Source: a virus
Taxonomy: Duplodnaviria; Heunggongvirae; Uroviricota; Caudoviricetes
Length of the DNA stretch: 43,789 nucleotides
Direction: 5' to 3' (one strand)
IMG/VR virus record: IMGVR_UViG_2623620497_000008
Location: 1 to 43,789 of that record
This document shows, one piece after another, positions 1 to 8,596 of this stretch. Both the position numbers and the translations under genes were made by a program. Numbering within the stretch: position 1 is the first letter of the stretch; every line of letters begins with the position of its first letter. The notes beneath the pieces are model-generated. The model saw only the letters and a list, made by a program, of their open reading frames with translations, was not told the origin of the DNA and searched no databases.

Positions 1-105
1 ATGATTTACATCGGTCTACCGCAATGGTCGCATCCTAAATGGGTGCGGTTGGGGATCACCAGCCTTGAAGAGTATACCCGCCACTTTAACTGCGTGACGC
101 GGTAA
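1..105 (+). pseudogene. yecE: 5' fragment of a host DUF72-family (YecE-like) gene, terminated after 34 codons; probable prophage insertion target
   Basis: Translation MIYIGLPQWSHPKWVRLGITSLEEYTRHFNCVTR then stop; matches my recollection of the YecE/DUF72 N-terminus; phage-like genes begin immediately downstream. Confidence 0.45.
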
Positions 106-268
106 ATTTAAAAATCGACAAATATCGTCCAGGAGCGCCATTTTTAATGGCTGGAGATAGCATCCAACATACGTTGTTTGCAATGTTTGGCGAAATTCAC
201 TGATTTCTCATGCCCCACCCATGCCCCAAGACGCCTGCCACGCGAAATCTTCCATCAATTGACTGCAA

Positions 269-586
269 CTAAACAACCGCATTGTCCTGGCGCACATCGC
301 AGATAGTAAACGTCACTACACCGATGACAGTAACATCGTCCAGGGCCTCGCCCTCGATCGCTTCACCATCTTCGGTAATCAGCGACCTTCCTCTCAGCGT
401 GGCAAGCTCCGTCCCGCCGCCGTGCTGGATCAGAACCTGACTGGCCTGCTTTGGTTTCAGGGAGACATCCAGCACAACGTAACCGCCAGATTGCTCGAAG
501 AGGCGCGTATTTGGACCGACATTGCAGATCGAGTTAACCGTTAATCGCTGTTCCGTGTAATCCGTCGCGGGTGATGGAAAGCCCAT
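269..586 (-). CDS. hypothetical protein (105 aa) at prophage left end
   Basis: ORF track frame 269..619; internal ATG at 584-586 preceded by GGGGAGGA 7 nt upstream; the track's first codon is GTG. Confidence 0.4.
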   Translation of the reverse strand: MGFPSPATDYTEQRLTVNSICNVGPNTRLFEQSGGYVVLDVSLKPKQASQVLIQHGGGTELATLRGRSLITEDGEAIEGEALDDVTVIGVVTFTICDVRQDNAVV

Positions 587-699
587 TACAGAATCCTCCC
601 CATGTTGGCCATCATCCACAGGCGGTTTTCACTATGCTCTGCCGTTTTGTCGAAAATTATCAATACGTTACTCCCTGACATTTATTTTCGGTCGGTTAT

Positions 700-879
700 T
701 TAAAGAGCCATTCTTTTTATAAACGCATCTTCTGGTGTTAATCCTTCCGAAAAATAATCAACCCATTCCCCCTTATAGGCAACAATATCCATTGAATGTC
801 CGCCATTTTTAACCAGTTCAACCACGTCTCTGAACCAGGTTTCAAATGGCGGTTCGGTCAGTTCTGTTTCGTCTTCCAT
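700..879 (-). CDS. hypothetical small acidic protein (59 aa)
   Basis: ATG at 877-879 with AGGAG 5 nt upstream; lies 9 nt downstream of the tailspike stop. Confidence 0.4.
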   Translation of the reverse strand: MEDETELTEPPFETWFRDVVELVKNGGHSMDIVAYKGEWVDYFSEGLTPEDAFIKRMAL

Positions 880-887
880 TTTCACTC

Positions 888-2972
888 CTACATTGAGGGC
901 AACATTGATACATTAACGGTTCTTTCCAGACCATCAACATTTGTCAACTGAACAGTAACCAGACCGGTTGAGCTGTTAATGGACAATGATACCGTTACGC
1001 CAGTCCCTGAAAGCCCAATGCGTGCAGAGCTGGCAACAATTCCCGAGGTCAGGATATCCAGATAATAAAGATTCTCCCTTCTGAATCTGACGGGAATTTT
1101 AATATCGTCACCAAATGACTGGCTACCAATTCGACATTCAATTAGGATTGAACGGGTAATATATGTATCGAAAGAATTCTGGAATATGTTGGTCTTGGTC
1201 AGCGATAACGTTGCGCCCGCAGAGCCTGCTAACGTACCTGATGACTGTGAACCAATAATTCGCCTGCCTTTAACAACCTGGGTCATACCAATATTTACAT
1301 CGTCGTCCATACCAAGGTTGCCGGTTATCGACTTATTTAACGTGGTCGCCTTCTGGTTAATTGCTGAAGTAACAAAACCAGTCATGTCACTTCCGGAAAC
1401 CTGCAAGGTCCCCCCGCCAGAGCCAAGAGCCGATACGTTGTAGGATGGCGAGATTGTCCCTCCGTCACCGCTGTCATTCGCACCGACACCAGTTCTTACC
1501 CCTGAGAGTTCAATTTTACCGTCATCAATAATAATAAAGTTTGCGGAATAGTCATTACCCACGGGTTGATTAGCACCACTGCGCCGGACGTTAACGCCGT
1601 TTAAAATCCATGAGGATTTCGCCCCGGCGACCACACCTCCCCTTCCGGCCCTGTCGCACAGTTCGCCGAAAATCTGGTTCTCCACCGACTGGTACGCATA
1701 CCAGTTATCGCCGGTGTTCCATTCGTTCCGGCATCCTCCAAAAAAGTTATTGTTTGCCCCACCGGTAAGGGCCACTCCTCGATCATTAGCATTGATTGTG
1801 CAACCAAACATCATGGAGTCTATTAAATTCCTGACTCCATCCCCGTTTCCGGATATTGAGCAGAAATATGCTTTCATTGTTCCGATGTACCTGGCTGTTC
1901 CTCCTGAAGCCCAGCCAATCCCGATCGCAAACCGATAAAATCCGCACCCCTCAAGTCGGGTGCCGTTGAACTGGGTTGCAGTATTTGGCGAATAAAAAAG
2001 GTACGTTGTTTTATCTCGGCCATCAAAAACAATATCCCGGAATACATGCCTGCCTGTTGAATAAAATGGAAAACTTGCACCAGCTGCTACGCGGATGACG
2101 ACTCCGCAATTCAGAAAACTGTTATCGTCATCAATTGTATATGGGCGTCGGCAACCCCACCCTATAAATTGAAAACCTAATGGAAGCATTGCGGGGTCAA
2201 GCCCGAAATTTAACGCACCGACATTCCACGGAATATCCAGTACCATCACTCCATCAGCTATAGCTTTTTTTAACGCGTAGTCAGCGATAACATTAACGCC
2301 AGGAATTGTGAGCAACGCCTGCTGATCAGCTTCAGTAAGGTATTCAAAAATCGAGGAGCGAATGATTCTGGCCAGAGGTGAGGCGTTCCGGTAAACCTTC
2401 ATTGCTCCTTCGCCTGAACCCAGGTCTTGGCGAAGCGTATCACCATCCATCAGAACGAAGTGAGTAACGTCGTTCGCAAAGCTGGTCGCATCGGTTCCGG
2501 TGGTCGTAAAGCCGACGTCAGTAGCAGCATTCAGGCGGTAATACTCATTGTCGTAACGGATGTACTGGTTACGGGCACTAAACTGGAATGGGCCGTCCTG
2601 ATAATCGCCAAGGAACACGTATCCTGAAGTATTCAGGAACTGCTGAAAGCGGTTTTCTTTATCAGATTGAGATTCTGAAAATGTTGATTCCTGCGCCGAT
2701 AACTGAGAGGAGAAGCGCGATTCAAATTCATTTGATTTTTCTTCGAAAGAGGATTCCCTTTCGGATTGAGATAATTCAAAGGTATCTTGTTGTTCATTAA
2801 GTTGGTTATCAGACTTTACATTGATGCCATGCAGAGTGTCTAACTGCTTACCTGTACGCGTGGTAATAGTTTCATCACTACTATTAGCGAACCTGTCAAT
2901 AGACTGCATATTATCCCATGCATCAGGTATTGATGCAGACGGCACAGGATTGCCGGTATCGTATTCACTCAT
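888..2972 (-). CDS. tailspike / tail fibre protein with predicted right-handed beta-helix (depolymerase-like) domain
   Basis: 694 aa; Gly/Asn/Ser/Thr-rich repetitive central region typical of pectate-lyase-fold tailspikes; last gene of the tail module. Confidence 0.6.
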   Translation of the reverse strand: MSEYDTGNPVPSASIPDAWDNMQSIDRFANSSDETITTRTGKQLDTLHGINVKSDNQLNEQQDTFELSQSERESSFEEKSNEFESRFSSQLSAQESTFSESQSDKENRFQQFLNTSGYVFLGDYQDGPFQFSARNQYIRYDNEYYRLNAATDVGFTTTGTDATSFANDVTHFVLMDGDTLRQDLGSGEGAMKVYRNASPLARIIRSSIFEYLTEADQQALLTIPGVNVIADYALKKAIADGVMVLDIPWNVGALNFGLDPAMLPLGFQFIGWGCRRPYTIDDDNSFLNCGVVIRVAAGASFPFYSTGRHVFRDIVFDGRDKTTYLFYSPNTATQFNGTRLEGCGFYRFAIGIGWASGGTARYIGTMKAYFCSISGNGDGVRNLIDSMMFGCTINANDRGVALTGGANNNFFGGCRNEWNTGDNWYAYQSVENQIFGELCDRAGRGGVVAGAKSSWILNGVNVRRSGANQPVGNDYSANFIIIDDGKIELSGVRTGVGANDSGDGGTISPSYNVSALGSGGGTLQVSGSDMTGFVTSAINQKATTLNKSITGNLGMDDDVNIGMTQVVKGRRIIGSQSSGTLAGSAGATLSLTKTNIFQNSFDTYITRSILIECRIGSQSFGDDIKIPVRFRRENLYYLDILTSGIVASSARIGLSGTGVTVSLSINSSTGLVTVQLTNVDGLERTVNVSMLPSM

Positions 2973-2980
2973 GGTCGCCC

Positions 2981-3006
2981 CAATAAAAAACCGGCATAAG
3001 CCGGTT
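2981..3006 (-). terminator. hairpin AACCGGC-UUAU-GCCGGUU followed by UUUUAUU on the minus strand, 13 nt upstream of the tailspike ATG
   Basis: Inverted repeat 2989-3006 with A-run 2985-2990 on the plus strand. Confidence 0.35.
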
Positions 3007-3053
3007 GATTGGTAATGTGTAGATATGTAGATAATGTTATTTATTCTTGATGA

Positions 3054-3224
3054 TTATTTATCATCATAAAATAAACCATCCTCTTTATTGTACAACATGC
3101 CTGGCTGGCAAAATGTTTCGTCGCTATATTTTACGACTTCGAAATCATCAGGAGAGTAATTATCATCAGCAACAATAATGTTTTCTACCACGCATTCTTT
3201 CAGGACTGCATACTTGCTTACCAT
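3054..3224 (-). CDS. small hypothetical protein (56 aa) in AT-rich spacer, possible fibre assembly factor
   Basis: ATG 3222-3224 overlaps the TAA stop of the fibre gene; MVSKYAVLKECVVENIIVADDNYSPDDFEVVKYSDETFCQPGMLYNKEDGLFYDDK; low GC. Confidence 0.3.
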   Translation of the reverse strand: MVSKYAVLKECVVENIIVADDNYSPDDFEVVKYSDETFCQPGMLYNKEDGLFYDDK

Positions 3225-4105
3225 TAAGAATATTCCTCAATATATACAATCCCTGCTTTCCCCTGTCCGCCATTGTAGGAGTTGCCAGACATGGCAGCAT
3301 CATATGCGCCACCACCACCGGCACCATAACAATCCCCTGCCACGCCCCCGCGTGCGCCCCCACGACCACCGCCGCCCCAATATGACGAGCCGCCATTGCC
3401 GGGGATAATCAGGGAGCCATTTTGCCCATCAGTGCCGTAACCTCCGGGAAGGTTAACCGAGCCACCAATAGAAATACCGCCTTTCCCACCAGCCAGCGTA
3501 GTGATCCCTGATTTCTGACCACCATCTCCGCCCAATCCGCTAATGCCGTTAATGATTGAGGTTCCGCCTGTTCCACCCTGGACAGCACCAACGCCAGCAG
3601 AACCACCAGCACCTACAGTGACTGCATAGCTGGATTCAGTTACAGCAAAATAACCAATGGCCGTACCACCAGCACCGCCGCCGCCACCTGAAACTGATTC
3701 AGATCCTGAAGTTCCCTGACAACCACCACCACCGCCACCACCGCCAGTAACAATAACTTTTACATGTTTGGTTCCTGGCGATGGGGTGTAGGTCCCATTT
3801 GCGGTAAAGCTAACGATATTCTGTAACCGCCCAGGGGAGGACTTGAGGAGGGCGCTTTCGAGACTAGCCAGTAAGGTAGGTAAATTACCGTTATCAAGGG
3901 TGTCATCGCCGCTGTTATCAGAAATAAACTGCGCCACAACCGCCGCAATAGTTGATGCCTGCCTTAAAGCTTTGTTGACCTGGGCCGAAGACGCTTTGCC
4001 ACTTAAAAAGCCAGTTGTTCTGGCCGACAGTGCGTCATAATCAGCTTGTGATAATACGTTTGCCCCGCTACCAGTAGCGAAGGGTTTAAAATCGTTAGTC
4101 GCCAT
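3224..4105 (-). CDS. glycine-rich tail fibre protein
   Basis: ATG 4103-4105 overlaps upstream stop (TAATG); long poly-Gly and GxGG repeats after an N-terminal fibre-like segment. Confidence 0.65.
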   Translation of the reverse strand: MATNDFKPFATGSGANVLSQADYDALSARTTGFLSGKASSAQVNKALRQASTIAAVVAQFISDNSGDDTLDNGNLPTLLASLESALLKSSPGRLQNIVSFTANGTYTPSPGTKHVKVIVTGGGGGGGGCQGTSGSESVSGGGGGAGGTAIGYFAVTESSYAVTVGAGGSAGVGAVQGGTGGTSIINGISGLGGDGGQKSGITTLAGGKGGISIGGSVNLPGGYGTDGQNGSLIIPGNGGSSYWGGGGRGGARGGVAGDCYGAGGGGAYDAAMSGNSYNGGQGKAGIVYIEEYS

Positions 4106-4878
4106 TAAAATCTCTCTCCCCATGACCCGCGGTCGAAGCCAGCGATATAGTCATTTTCGATATCGAAGCCAAAAAACTGATAACCATCACTGACGGTCTC
4201 TATTTCACGGACACGAACCCCTGCGGCTTTAACCGTCATATAACCGTTCTGAATCGCCCACCATAGCTCGCTGTTAACCTGGTCAATCGGGTTAATGTCA
4301 TAGCGCGATGGTACGTAACCTGCCGGTAATGCGATAAAGGGGCCTTTATTGACGGCGCTATCCAGAATTAACCGGTCTATTTCACTTAGAGCTACCGATG
4401 GGTCACCGAGTATCCAGATAGAAATCGACATATCCTGGTTGTCGACAATAGCCATGCGGATTCCAGACCCGGCAAGGGCGGCATCAAGAATTGAAGGCAG
4501 CGAATCGTTCTGACCATCCCAGTTGTTTATCGCCACTTTCACCTTCAGCATTAGCCGATATATTTCATCGCTTAGATCGATAAAACCGTCGTTTGGGTCA
4601 TATGGTCCCTGCCAAACCCCCTGATCCCAGCCAACCCGCTCGGTGTCCCACGAAAAATAAATCCCGGTTACCGGTGTAGCCACGCGACGGGAACGACCAA
4701 CCCATTCGCCCACAACGTCGAGTTGCACGCCTACGGCTGTATCAATATCAAAATCGGGTATTAGCCGTGACATTGCATCGGAAACATCACTCAGTGGCCT
4801 GGTGGACAGGTCAACGTGTGCAAAGAACTTTGGTTTACCGGCGTGGTAGTTTGTTATGCGGTCAGTGTATCTGCTCAT
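4105..4878 (-). CDS. baseplate / fibre-attachment protein (gpI-like position)
   Basis: 257 aa; lies between the baseplate J-like gene and the fibre gene; overlapping junctions. Confidence 0.55.
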   Translation of the reverse strand: MSRYTDRITNYHAGKPKFFAHVDLSTRPLSDVSDAMSRLIPDFDIDTAVGVQLDVVGEWVGRSRRVATPVTGIYFSWDTERVGWDQGVWQGPYDPNDGFIDLSDEIYRLMLKVKVAINNWDGQNDSLPSILDAALAGSGIRMAIVDNQDMSISIWILGDPSVALSEIDRLILDSAVNKGPFIALPAGYVPSRYDINPIDQVNSELWWAIQNGYMTVKAAGVRVREIETVSDGYQFFGFDIENDYIAGFDRGSWGERF

Positions 4879-6071
4879 GAGACCACCAGATTAATATTGC
4901 TGACGGCGCAGGATGCCGACTGGTCAAAGGCAATATCCACGTTTGCCGCGGCTACGCCACCGGCAGACGTCCCGATCAGCAACTCGGTAATGTCGTAATA
5001 CCTGGCATTACCTCCACTGACAACACCAAGGTTAGCCGGTGAGTAAACCCGACTGAGAAGAACGCTGGCGCCGATTGCCAGAGAGTTAATGTAGGCAGAT
5101 ACAGCCGCCTTTATCTCTTCGCCAACCTGGGATGTGTAGCCCGTAAGGGGTTCGATAGTGATTTTCACGTAAATGGGCACATCGACGGGCCTTGAAAAAC
5201 CTACCTGGTGAGGGTTTCCGTACTTATCAGGCACAACAATCACTGTACTACCGTAGGGTGTTACGCCCTGCCCTTTAACACCACGAATGCTGCTTGCAAT
5301 GACCGTCGCATCACCACCTTCGACAATGGCCGCGATTGAGTGCGGCGGCAGGCCATTTGCATCAGTGTTATCTGTATCGTTCTCATACAGCTTGTGTCGC
5401 GTTACGCCGCTGATATTTGCTACCGCGCCATCTACCGCCTCAAACGGCGTCAGAGACGGTAAAGCAACGCTCTGTGATTGCCGGACACGCAATTCAGCAT
5501 TTGTTTCGGCGGCAACGCCAACGGTAGCCGCTTGAGGGTTAGTTACTGATACCCAGCCACGTGTCGGGGTGTTTATCTTATTGACTGACCCGGCAGGGGC
5601 CGCCACAGCGCCAGCAACAGAACACGTCGCTGTAGCAATAACCTTCCCATCAATACCAATTGTCACCTGAGCAGGAAGATTCCAGATGATGCCGTTGGCA
5701 TCTTTCACAGAGCCGTTTGTGATTAACGTTCCGGCCTCACCTTCGATCAGCTCATCGACCGTAGAGTTTGTCGCAGCCCGGCGAGTGATGCCGTTAATTT
5801 TGACGTTACTGGTTAATGCATCGTCCAGCGCCGTCGACGGAGAAAATGACCGGTAAACAGAAATAGCCGTGTTGTTGGCATCGTGAATGGCCAGAGCCAC
5901 CAGAGCGACCATCTGGCCGTCTTTGCTGTCCGGGTCGAGATAGGCATCACTGCCATAAATCTGCTGAAAATAGCCGGTGATGGTGTCCAGAACGGTCTGA
6001 TAGTCGGGCGCCCTTATCCCCTCAGTGGTTACCGTTGCCGATAAGCCGAGTGTGTCGAGGTCCAAAGACAT
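4875..6071 (-). CDS. baseplate J-like protein
   Basis: 398 aa; size and synteny (W-J-I-fibre) typical of contractile-tail baseplate wedge. Confidence 0.65.
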   Translation of the reverse strand: MSLDLDTLGLSATVTTEGIRAPDYQTVLDTITGYFQQIYGSDAYLDPDSKDGQMVALVALAIHDANNTAISVYRSFSPSTALDDALTSNVKINGITRRAATNSTVDELIEGEAGTLITNGSVKDANGIIWNLPAQVTIGIDGKVIATATCSVAGAVAAPAGSVNKINTPTRGWVSVTNPQAATVGVAAETNAELRVRQSQSVALPSLTPFEAVDGAVANISGVTRHKLYENDTDNTDANGLPPHSIAAIVEGGDATVIASSIRGVKGQGVTPYGSTVIVVPDKYGNPHQVGFSRPVDVPIYVKITIEPLTGYTSQVGEEIKAAVSAYINSLAIGASVLLSRVYSPANLGVVSGGNARYYDITELLIGTSAGGVAAANVDIAFDQSASCAVSNINLVVS

Positions 6072-6424
6072 TACGCCTCCGAAGTTACTGTTGTTGTCCC
6101 GTAGATGGTTTCCACCGTCGCTGTGAACGTTACACGGCGTGTGGTGCCGTCAACAGTGGTATTAAATGCAGTGATTGAGCTAACCCCTTGCGTTTCAAGG
6201 ATCCGCTTGCGGATAGCGAGGTTGTAGGTATCCGGCTTTTGCTTACCCAGAACGGACTGAATCCATGGAGTACCTTCTGTGGTGTCCAGAAACCACTGTC
6301 CGTACCAAAGCAGAAAGCGAGTTTTTATGGCCTGCGCGACAGCCTCGGGGGAGTTAACCAGCCAGGTATCATCACCCTGACCGAAGGTGTAATCCCCATC
6401 GTCATCTTCTCTACGGTATCGCAT
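6071..6424 (-). CDS. baseplate assembly protein W (gp25-like)
   Basis: 117 aa; position immediately upstream of J; start overlaps the upstream ORF stop. Confidence 0.55.
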   Translation of the reverse strand: MRYRREDDDGDYTFGQGDDTWLVNSPEAVAQAIKTRFLLWYGQWFLDTTEGTPWIQSVLGKQKPDTYNLAIRKRILETQGVSSITAFNTTVDGTTRRVTFTATVETIYGTTTVTSEA

Positions 6425-6426
6425 CC

Positions 6427-6598
6427 CTCACCACCAGCGCACTGCGCTAATTACGCTTGACAGGCCAAACAAGAAGAAAACAGCCCATATCAAAAGGAAT
6501 TTCCAGTTGGGTAATTTTTCGCCCATGACTCGCAACTCCCGTATCAGTTTGCTAAAATCAATCACAGGTTCCTCGTTAGTAACGGTAACGTTGGACAT
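6427..6598 (-). CDS. small hypothetical protein with C-terminal hydrophobic segment (56 aa)
   Basis: ATG 6596-6598; ORF ends 3 nt before the gpW start. Confidence 0.3.
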
Positions 6599-6604
6599 AA
6601 AAAA

Positions 6605-6640
6605 CCCCGCACTGCTTGCAACAGTCGGGGTTTTGTTTTT
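6605..6640. terminator. strong hairpin (CCCCG-ACTG / CAGT-CGGGG) flanked by A-run upstream and T-run downstream; bidirectional terminator-like
   Basis: Inverted repeat 6605-6630, TTTTGTTTTTT 6631-6641 on plus strand; 4 U after the hairpin on minus strand. Confidence 0.35.
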
Positions 6641-6702
6641 TCCCCAGTGAAGGGAAATTATTTTGAATTGCCTTACTGGGCAAATTTACTTGTCAGCGGT
6701 AA

Positions 6703-7356
6703 CTACCCTCCAAGCGGTGCTGTGTTACTCCCGCCTGATTCAACGCCACCATGCGTATGCTTATCGACAATAGAGCCGTCCACCAGCTGCAGGCGTCCGT
6801 CAGGTAGAATTTGAAGGCCGTTCAGGTTAAAACCTCCCGGCGCCGTACCGTCGATAGCTCCGCTGGCAGGATTAAGGCTCAACTTTGTTTCCCCGTCATC
6901 GCTGCGCAGCTCTACTGCGCTGGTGCTGATACCGCCGATTTTCTTGGCCTGAGACTGCGGGCCGACAATGCAGAAGGCATCGGATAAATCATGCATGCGC
7001 TCGTCTACCGGCTCCTGAATACCTCCGCTTTGCCACCAGAAATCAATACAGCGGTCTGCAAAGATAACAAGGCATTCATCACCATCCTTAACAGGAAAAG
7101 TCAGCGTGCAGCCTCCGCCGCGAGGGAATACAACAGGAACATCCACCAACAGTGGGAGGTTTACCGAGACCTCGGCGCCGGATTCGTCCTGCTCTGCGCC
7201 TTTAATGGCTGGCTGAACAACAGCGGTGACAGCATCCGGATCAAACGACTGAATGATGCCAGGCATGGAGACGCGCATTGCAGACATGATCGACTGCGCC
7301 AGCTGTGCGTCTGCCTGTTCTTTACTGCCGAGCTGGGAGTTTAGTGCTACGGGCAT
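6703..7356 (-). CDS. baseplate spike / assembly protein V-like
   Basis: OB-fold-like N-terminal part and Gly-rich C-terminus; preferred start ATG 7354-7356 with GGAG 10 nt upstream (track ORF extends to 7374). Confidence 0.6.
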   Translation of the reverse strand: MPVALNSQLGSKEQADAQLAQSIMSAMRVSMPGIIQSFDPDAVTAVVQPAIKGAEQDESGAEVSVNLPLLVDVPVVFPRGGGCTLTFPVKDGDECLVIFADRCIDFWWQSGGIQEPVDERMHDLSDAFCIVGPQSQAKKIGGISTSAVELRSDDGETKLSLNPASGAIDGTAPGGFNLNGLQILPDGRLQLVDGSIVDKHTHGGVESGGSNTAPLGG

Positions 7357-7374
7357 TTGGTTTACTCCGGGCAT

Positions 7375-7395
7375 TAAAAAACCCGCCGGAGCGGG
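7375..7395 (-). terminator. rho-independent terminator-like hairpin (CCCGC-UCCG-GCGGG + U6) capping the upstream island
   Basis: Inverted repeat 7382-7395 with A-run 7375-7380 on plus strand. Confidence 0.4.
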
Positions 7396-7410
7396 CTTCT
7401 TAACTATAAG

Positions 7411-7977
7411 CTAATAAGAAGGGAGTCTTATCTTACTTTCTATGAACAAGGTTTTGAGAGTATCAGGAGTTATCTCTATAACATCACCGATGTTCAAAGC
7501 TTTATCTTTTGCATAATTTCCAACAGAATCAAGGAAGTCATGATGCATTCTGACTAACAATTTAACGTCGTTTACAATAGGATTAAATTCGTACTCCCAA
7601 TCGCCTTTACTCTCAAGGCAATTATAATAAAAGAAATATATCTCTTCGGCTTTCCAGAAATCGGAATAAGCACCACCTGTGCGCCCCATCTCACGCCCTA
7701 TTCTTTCATAGTCAAAATTATTGCCATCATAACCATCAGCATATGCACCACAATAGAGCACCTTAACTCTGCCACGAGCGTAATCTCTGACATCACCTAT
7801 AGTCTCTAAATTTACTTTATAGGCGCATAACGCATAGCCATAATGACTATTTTCCGAGCTGGGAACTTTTAATTCAATTTTTTTTGGATCCCATCCCAAG
7901 ATGTAGGCTGCAAGCCAATGACCAGCCTCATGCCTTGCTATCCGGTAAACTGCTTTCTTGTAGTCGTAAGCGTTCAT
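7411..7977 (-). CDS. standalone HEAGH-motif protein, putative FtsH-like (M41-type) zinc metallopeptidase
   Basis: 188 aa; N-terminal YRIARHEAGHWLAAYILG resembles the FtsH zinc-binding site; AGGAGG 5 nt upstream of ATG; low-GC island. Confidence 0.5.
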   Translation of the reverse strand: MNAYDYKKAVYRIARHEAGHWLAAYILGWDPKKIELKVPSSENSHYGYALCAYKVNLETIGDVRDYARGRVKVLYCGAYADGYDGNNFDYERIGREMGRTGGAYSDFWKAEEIYFFYYNCLESKGDWEYEFNPIVNDVKLLVRMHHDFLDSVGNYAKDKALNIGDVIEITPDTLKTLFIESKIRLPSY

Positions 7978-8019
7978 TTCCCCTCCTGTTTTTGAAACAG
8001 ATTAGGGGATTAAATGAGC

Positions 8020-8202
8020 TTAATCACTACCGCTTGGTGTTTTAACGTTAAATGCATTGTCGGCGGGATTTTCTGGGGAAAATCTTTCTCCATTAACGGG
8101 GTAATTAATAAAAATATCCCCCGTTCTCTCCTGTTCACATTTCAGGTCTTCGCAAGGGATAGGCGGATGATCAATTTTTACACCGGTGAGAAAATTTGAC
8201 AT
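8020..8202 (-). CDS. small hypothetical protein (60 aa)
   Basis: ATG 8200-8202 with AGGT upstream; within the low-GC island. Confidence 0.35.
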   Translation of the reverse strand: MSNFLTGVKIDHPPIPCEDLKCEQERTGDIFINYPVNGERFSPENPADNAFNVKTPSGSD

Positions 8203-8251
8203 AACGCTTACCTACCCTGCCTTTAAGCACATAAAATAGCGAGCAACCAGA

Positions 8252-8596
8252 TTACTTCACCTTCCGACAGTCGTACGTCCAGAACTCTCTGGGCTCGTCC
8301 ATGTTCTTGCGGATCACTTCGACGTTGAGGATAGGCTTGCCGTTTCGGGCGACAAAATCCATTCCAAGCCAGCGTCCAGATCTGGCGTCAGGAAGCATCC
8401 ACTGTATTTTCACATTGTTGTAATCATTTTTTACCTTTAGAAAGGTAATCTTCTGCGACTCTGGCTTAGCGCCGTTTATCCGCGCAAATCCATCCTGCGC
8501 CTTCCAGTTGATCCCAAACGGTCCGCAGGAAGTATCCGCAAAAGCAGGGGCAGAAAGGAAGAGGGAAAAAATACAAGCAGTAATGATTTTCTTCAT
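8252..8596 (-). CDS. secreted small protein with N-terminal signal peptide (MKKIITACIFSLFLSAPAFA, predicted cleavage after AFA), two Cys in mature part
   Basis: ATG 8594-8596 overlaps the TGA of the upstream baseplate gene (ATGA); low GC. Confidence 0.55.
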   Translation of the reverse strand: MKKIITACIFSLFLSAPAFADTSCGPFGINWKAQDGFARINGAKPESQKITFLKVKNDYNNVKIQWMLPDARSGRWLGMDFVARNGKPILNVEVIRKNMDEPREFWTYDCRKVK

